A stretch of 64,000 nucleotides of DNA from Octopus vulgaris (lineage: Eukaryota). The notes under the pieces were generated by a model that ran no database searches, was not told the origin of the DNA, and saw only the letters and a program-made list of their open reading frames with translations. Below are positions 61,819-64,000 of this stretch, one piece after another (the stretch's first letter is position 1; each line of letters begins with the position of its first letter). The stretch covers positions 57,040,001-57,104,000 of the forward strand of contig OX597817.1 of the NCBI GenBank assembly GCA_951406725.2, read 5' to 3'. A program made the position numbers and the translations under genes.

Positions 61819-62192
61819 ACCCAACTGCCAACTGTAAAACAGAGTTATGTGTCTCAACACCTGACATAAAGCCACTTCCCATATGCTCAACAGGGGCTTT
61901 TCCTTTGGTTACTTGGCAACCTCACTAGTGCTGGTGCCATATATAAAAGCACCCAGTACATTCTGTAAAATGGTAAATGTTAAAAAGAGCACCGAACCAT
62001 AGAAACCATACCAAGGCATGCACAGGAGCTTGAGATAGTCCTGCAGCTCACGGGATCCTCTGTAATCACCTAACCCATGCCAACATGGAAAAAATTGACG
62101 TTAAATGATGATGGTAGATTAACTTCCTTATAACATTGTTATAAACCTATTTAATTCAAACACTGTAATTAACCAATTTAATTAGAACTTAC

Positions 62193-62356
62193 TTGTAATA
62201 TTTTTCAATATTTTTGCTAGTCACCAATTTTGGTCCAATTCCATGAATTTTAACAGCCTCTTCACGCTCTGGGTAATAGGCATATAGTGACCGAAATGCA
62301 CAACCTGTGTCCCGGAATAATATCACAAAATGCTTTGCATCGGATTTCGCAATTTC
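62193..62356 (-). CDS. CAMSAP: CAMSAP/Patronin penultimate coding exon (CKK domain)
   Basis: CTGCAG| acceptor and |GTAAGT donor; EIAKSDAKHFVILFRDTGCAFRSLYAYYPEREEAVKIHGIGPKLVTSKNIEKYYK matches the CKK motif HFxILFRDxGCxFRxLY; 164 nt, phase 2, splices in frame to 60960. Confidence 0.93.
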
Positions 62357-62849
62357 CTGCAGTAGAAAACACACACATATATTAGTTTATTCCTGATAAA
62401 TTACTTAATCAGTCCTGTTGGTTGTACAAAAATACTAATTGATCTGACAGAACCCAAAACCAAACCATTTGTAAAATTATTTGAAGTCAAAGAGGGTTTC
62501 TATAAGAAGAGGGAAGGATCGTTACCTAGCAGGGAGAAACATCTACAGGAATTGCCAGCAAATAGTCAAAAATGATCATTTAAGGATATGAAGACAAAAT
62601 AAGCAGATTCAACCATCAGAGATGGTTGCTGGCACACAGAATATTTGACAACGAGATAAGGCAGAACAGAGGTCATCCCGTATGACTGCCATAGTAGTAT
62701 AATGATAATAATAATAATCAACTGGTACAAGGACAAAGGGAAACTCTAGAAAGATGCAGTTATAGAGGAGAGGATGATGAAATATTAGTTTGTGGTTCCT
62801 AATCTGTGGTCCGCAAAGGTAGTGTTGGAGGGTCCTTGAACTAAATTTG

Positions 62850-62888
<39 letters not shown>

Positions 62889-63379
62889 AGAGTAAACATA
62901 CTACTATCATGTTCTTAAGAATGAAATCAACCTCTCTGTCTGTACATCTACCCTCTTTATAATGTTGGAAAATGAAATAAGGGTAAGAATGTGCATTGTC
63001 CGTTTAATTGGAAAATTCTGTAAGTGGCTGAAGATTGCTTGACATTTTAAAACTGATGTAATACTTACAGTGTTTAATAAAATGAAGTAGCATGAAACAA
63101 TTGTACTACTCTACCTCGGATATACTTGTTGCTTATTTTGATTATAATCACCCCATTTGATTTATATGGATAACAACATACCAAATTCTGGTGCCTTTAA
63201 CTTAAGTACCATATTCATCTGAATCTAAATGTTGCTATATATATATATATAAATATATATATAAGCATATTAAAAGTGGGTCCGTGGGAAAACTCATTTA
63301 AACACGAAGTCCTTAGTAATGAAAAGACTGGGAAATTGTCAAGAAGGCTGAGGGTGTCTTGGCTCACTCACCAAATCCT

Positions 63380-63985
63380 TTGTGAGCCGCTCTCCGGCTA
63401 TCTATCTGCGGCTTTATATAGCTATGGTAAGACCTCACCTGGAATTTGCATCACCGGTCTGGAACCCCTATCTTGCCCAGGATATCAATCGTCTGGAAGC
63501 TGTTCAGCGACGTGCAACCAAAAGTATACCCTCCATCAGGCATTTGCCATATCCTGAACGCCTTACTTCCCTGGGCATGGACACATTGAAACTCCGACGT
63601 CTGGCAGCTGACTTGGCAGACACCCATAAAATTATCAACCATCGTACAAACAATAACTCTGAGCACCTTTTCAAACTCCACCCATCTAACACCTGTGGAC
63701 ATATTTACAAAGTAAGAAAACAGCACAGATCCCATGACTTCAGGAAACATTTTTTCAAGCTGAGAGTTGCTGAAGCATGGAACAAACTGCCGGCATCAGT
63801 TGTTAGTTGTCGGAGCACTGCATCCTTCAAAACTTCCATGCTTCCTGAGATTCGCCAACACTACACTTGATTTTCTCCCCTCCATACACACACAAGCATG
63901 TATCTGTGTCATACATTGTTCGCTTTCCAGACATTTCTACATTACTGCATGTACTTTATATGCACTTTATATGTACCAGTTGATT
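63380..63985 (+). mobile_element. CR1-clade LINE 3' end
   Basis: LYIAMVRPHLEFASPVWNPY...LEAVQRRATK...Y.ERL..LG...L..RR...RKHFF..RV...WNKLP...FK followed by a short 3' UTR and (ATT)n. Confidence 0.9.
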
Positions 63986-64000
63986 ATTATTATTATCATT

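Overview
AT-rich, repeat-saturated animal DNA. The SINE families, the compound (TA)n/(CA)n microsatellites and the gene content point to a coleoid cephalopod, probably Octopus (inferred, not verified by search). Three host genes are supportable, all on the minus strand: (1) a two-exon retinol-dehydrogenase-like SDR with altered cofactor and catalytic motifs (9997-13958); (2) an apparently intronless 880-aa secreted PAN/coiled-coil/tandem C-type-lectin protein (49257-51899); (3) the last two exons (CKK domain) of CAMSAP/Patronin (60834-62356). The rest is transposon-derived: at least four SINE families, LINE remnants (Tx1/L1-like ORF1, RTE, CR1, R4-like and CRE-like), a Helitron, hAT and Tc1/mariner derivatives, and several Penelope-like elements (PLEs). 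The standout signal is a PLE/hammerhead ribozyme (HHR) system. It includes a young RT+GIY-YIG PLE centred in a ~7.1-kb palindrome whose ~3-kb arms carry microsatellite cargo and end in a well-formed type I HHR; several ORF-less fold-back insertions built from HHR-bearing PLE ends; a tRNA-headed (Pol III) SINE-like element with a minimal HHR and a PLE-style inverted tail, i.e. a candidate PLE-mobilised SINE; and a candidate type III HHR downstream of the CAMSAP stop. Most short ORFs in the track are microsatellite or antisense artefacts. Repeat boundaries were read by eye and are approximate.
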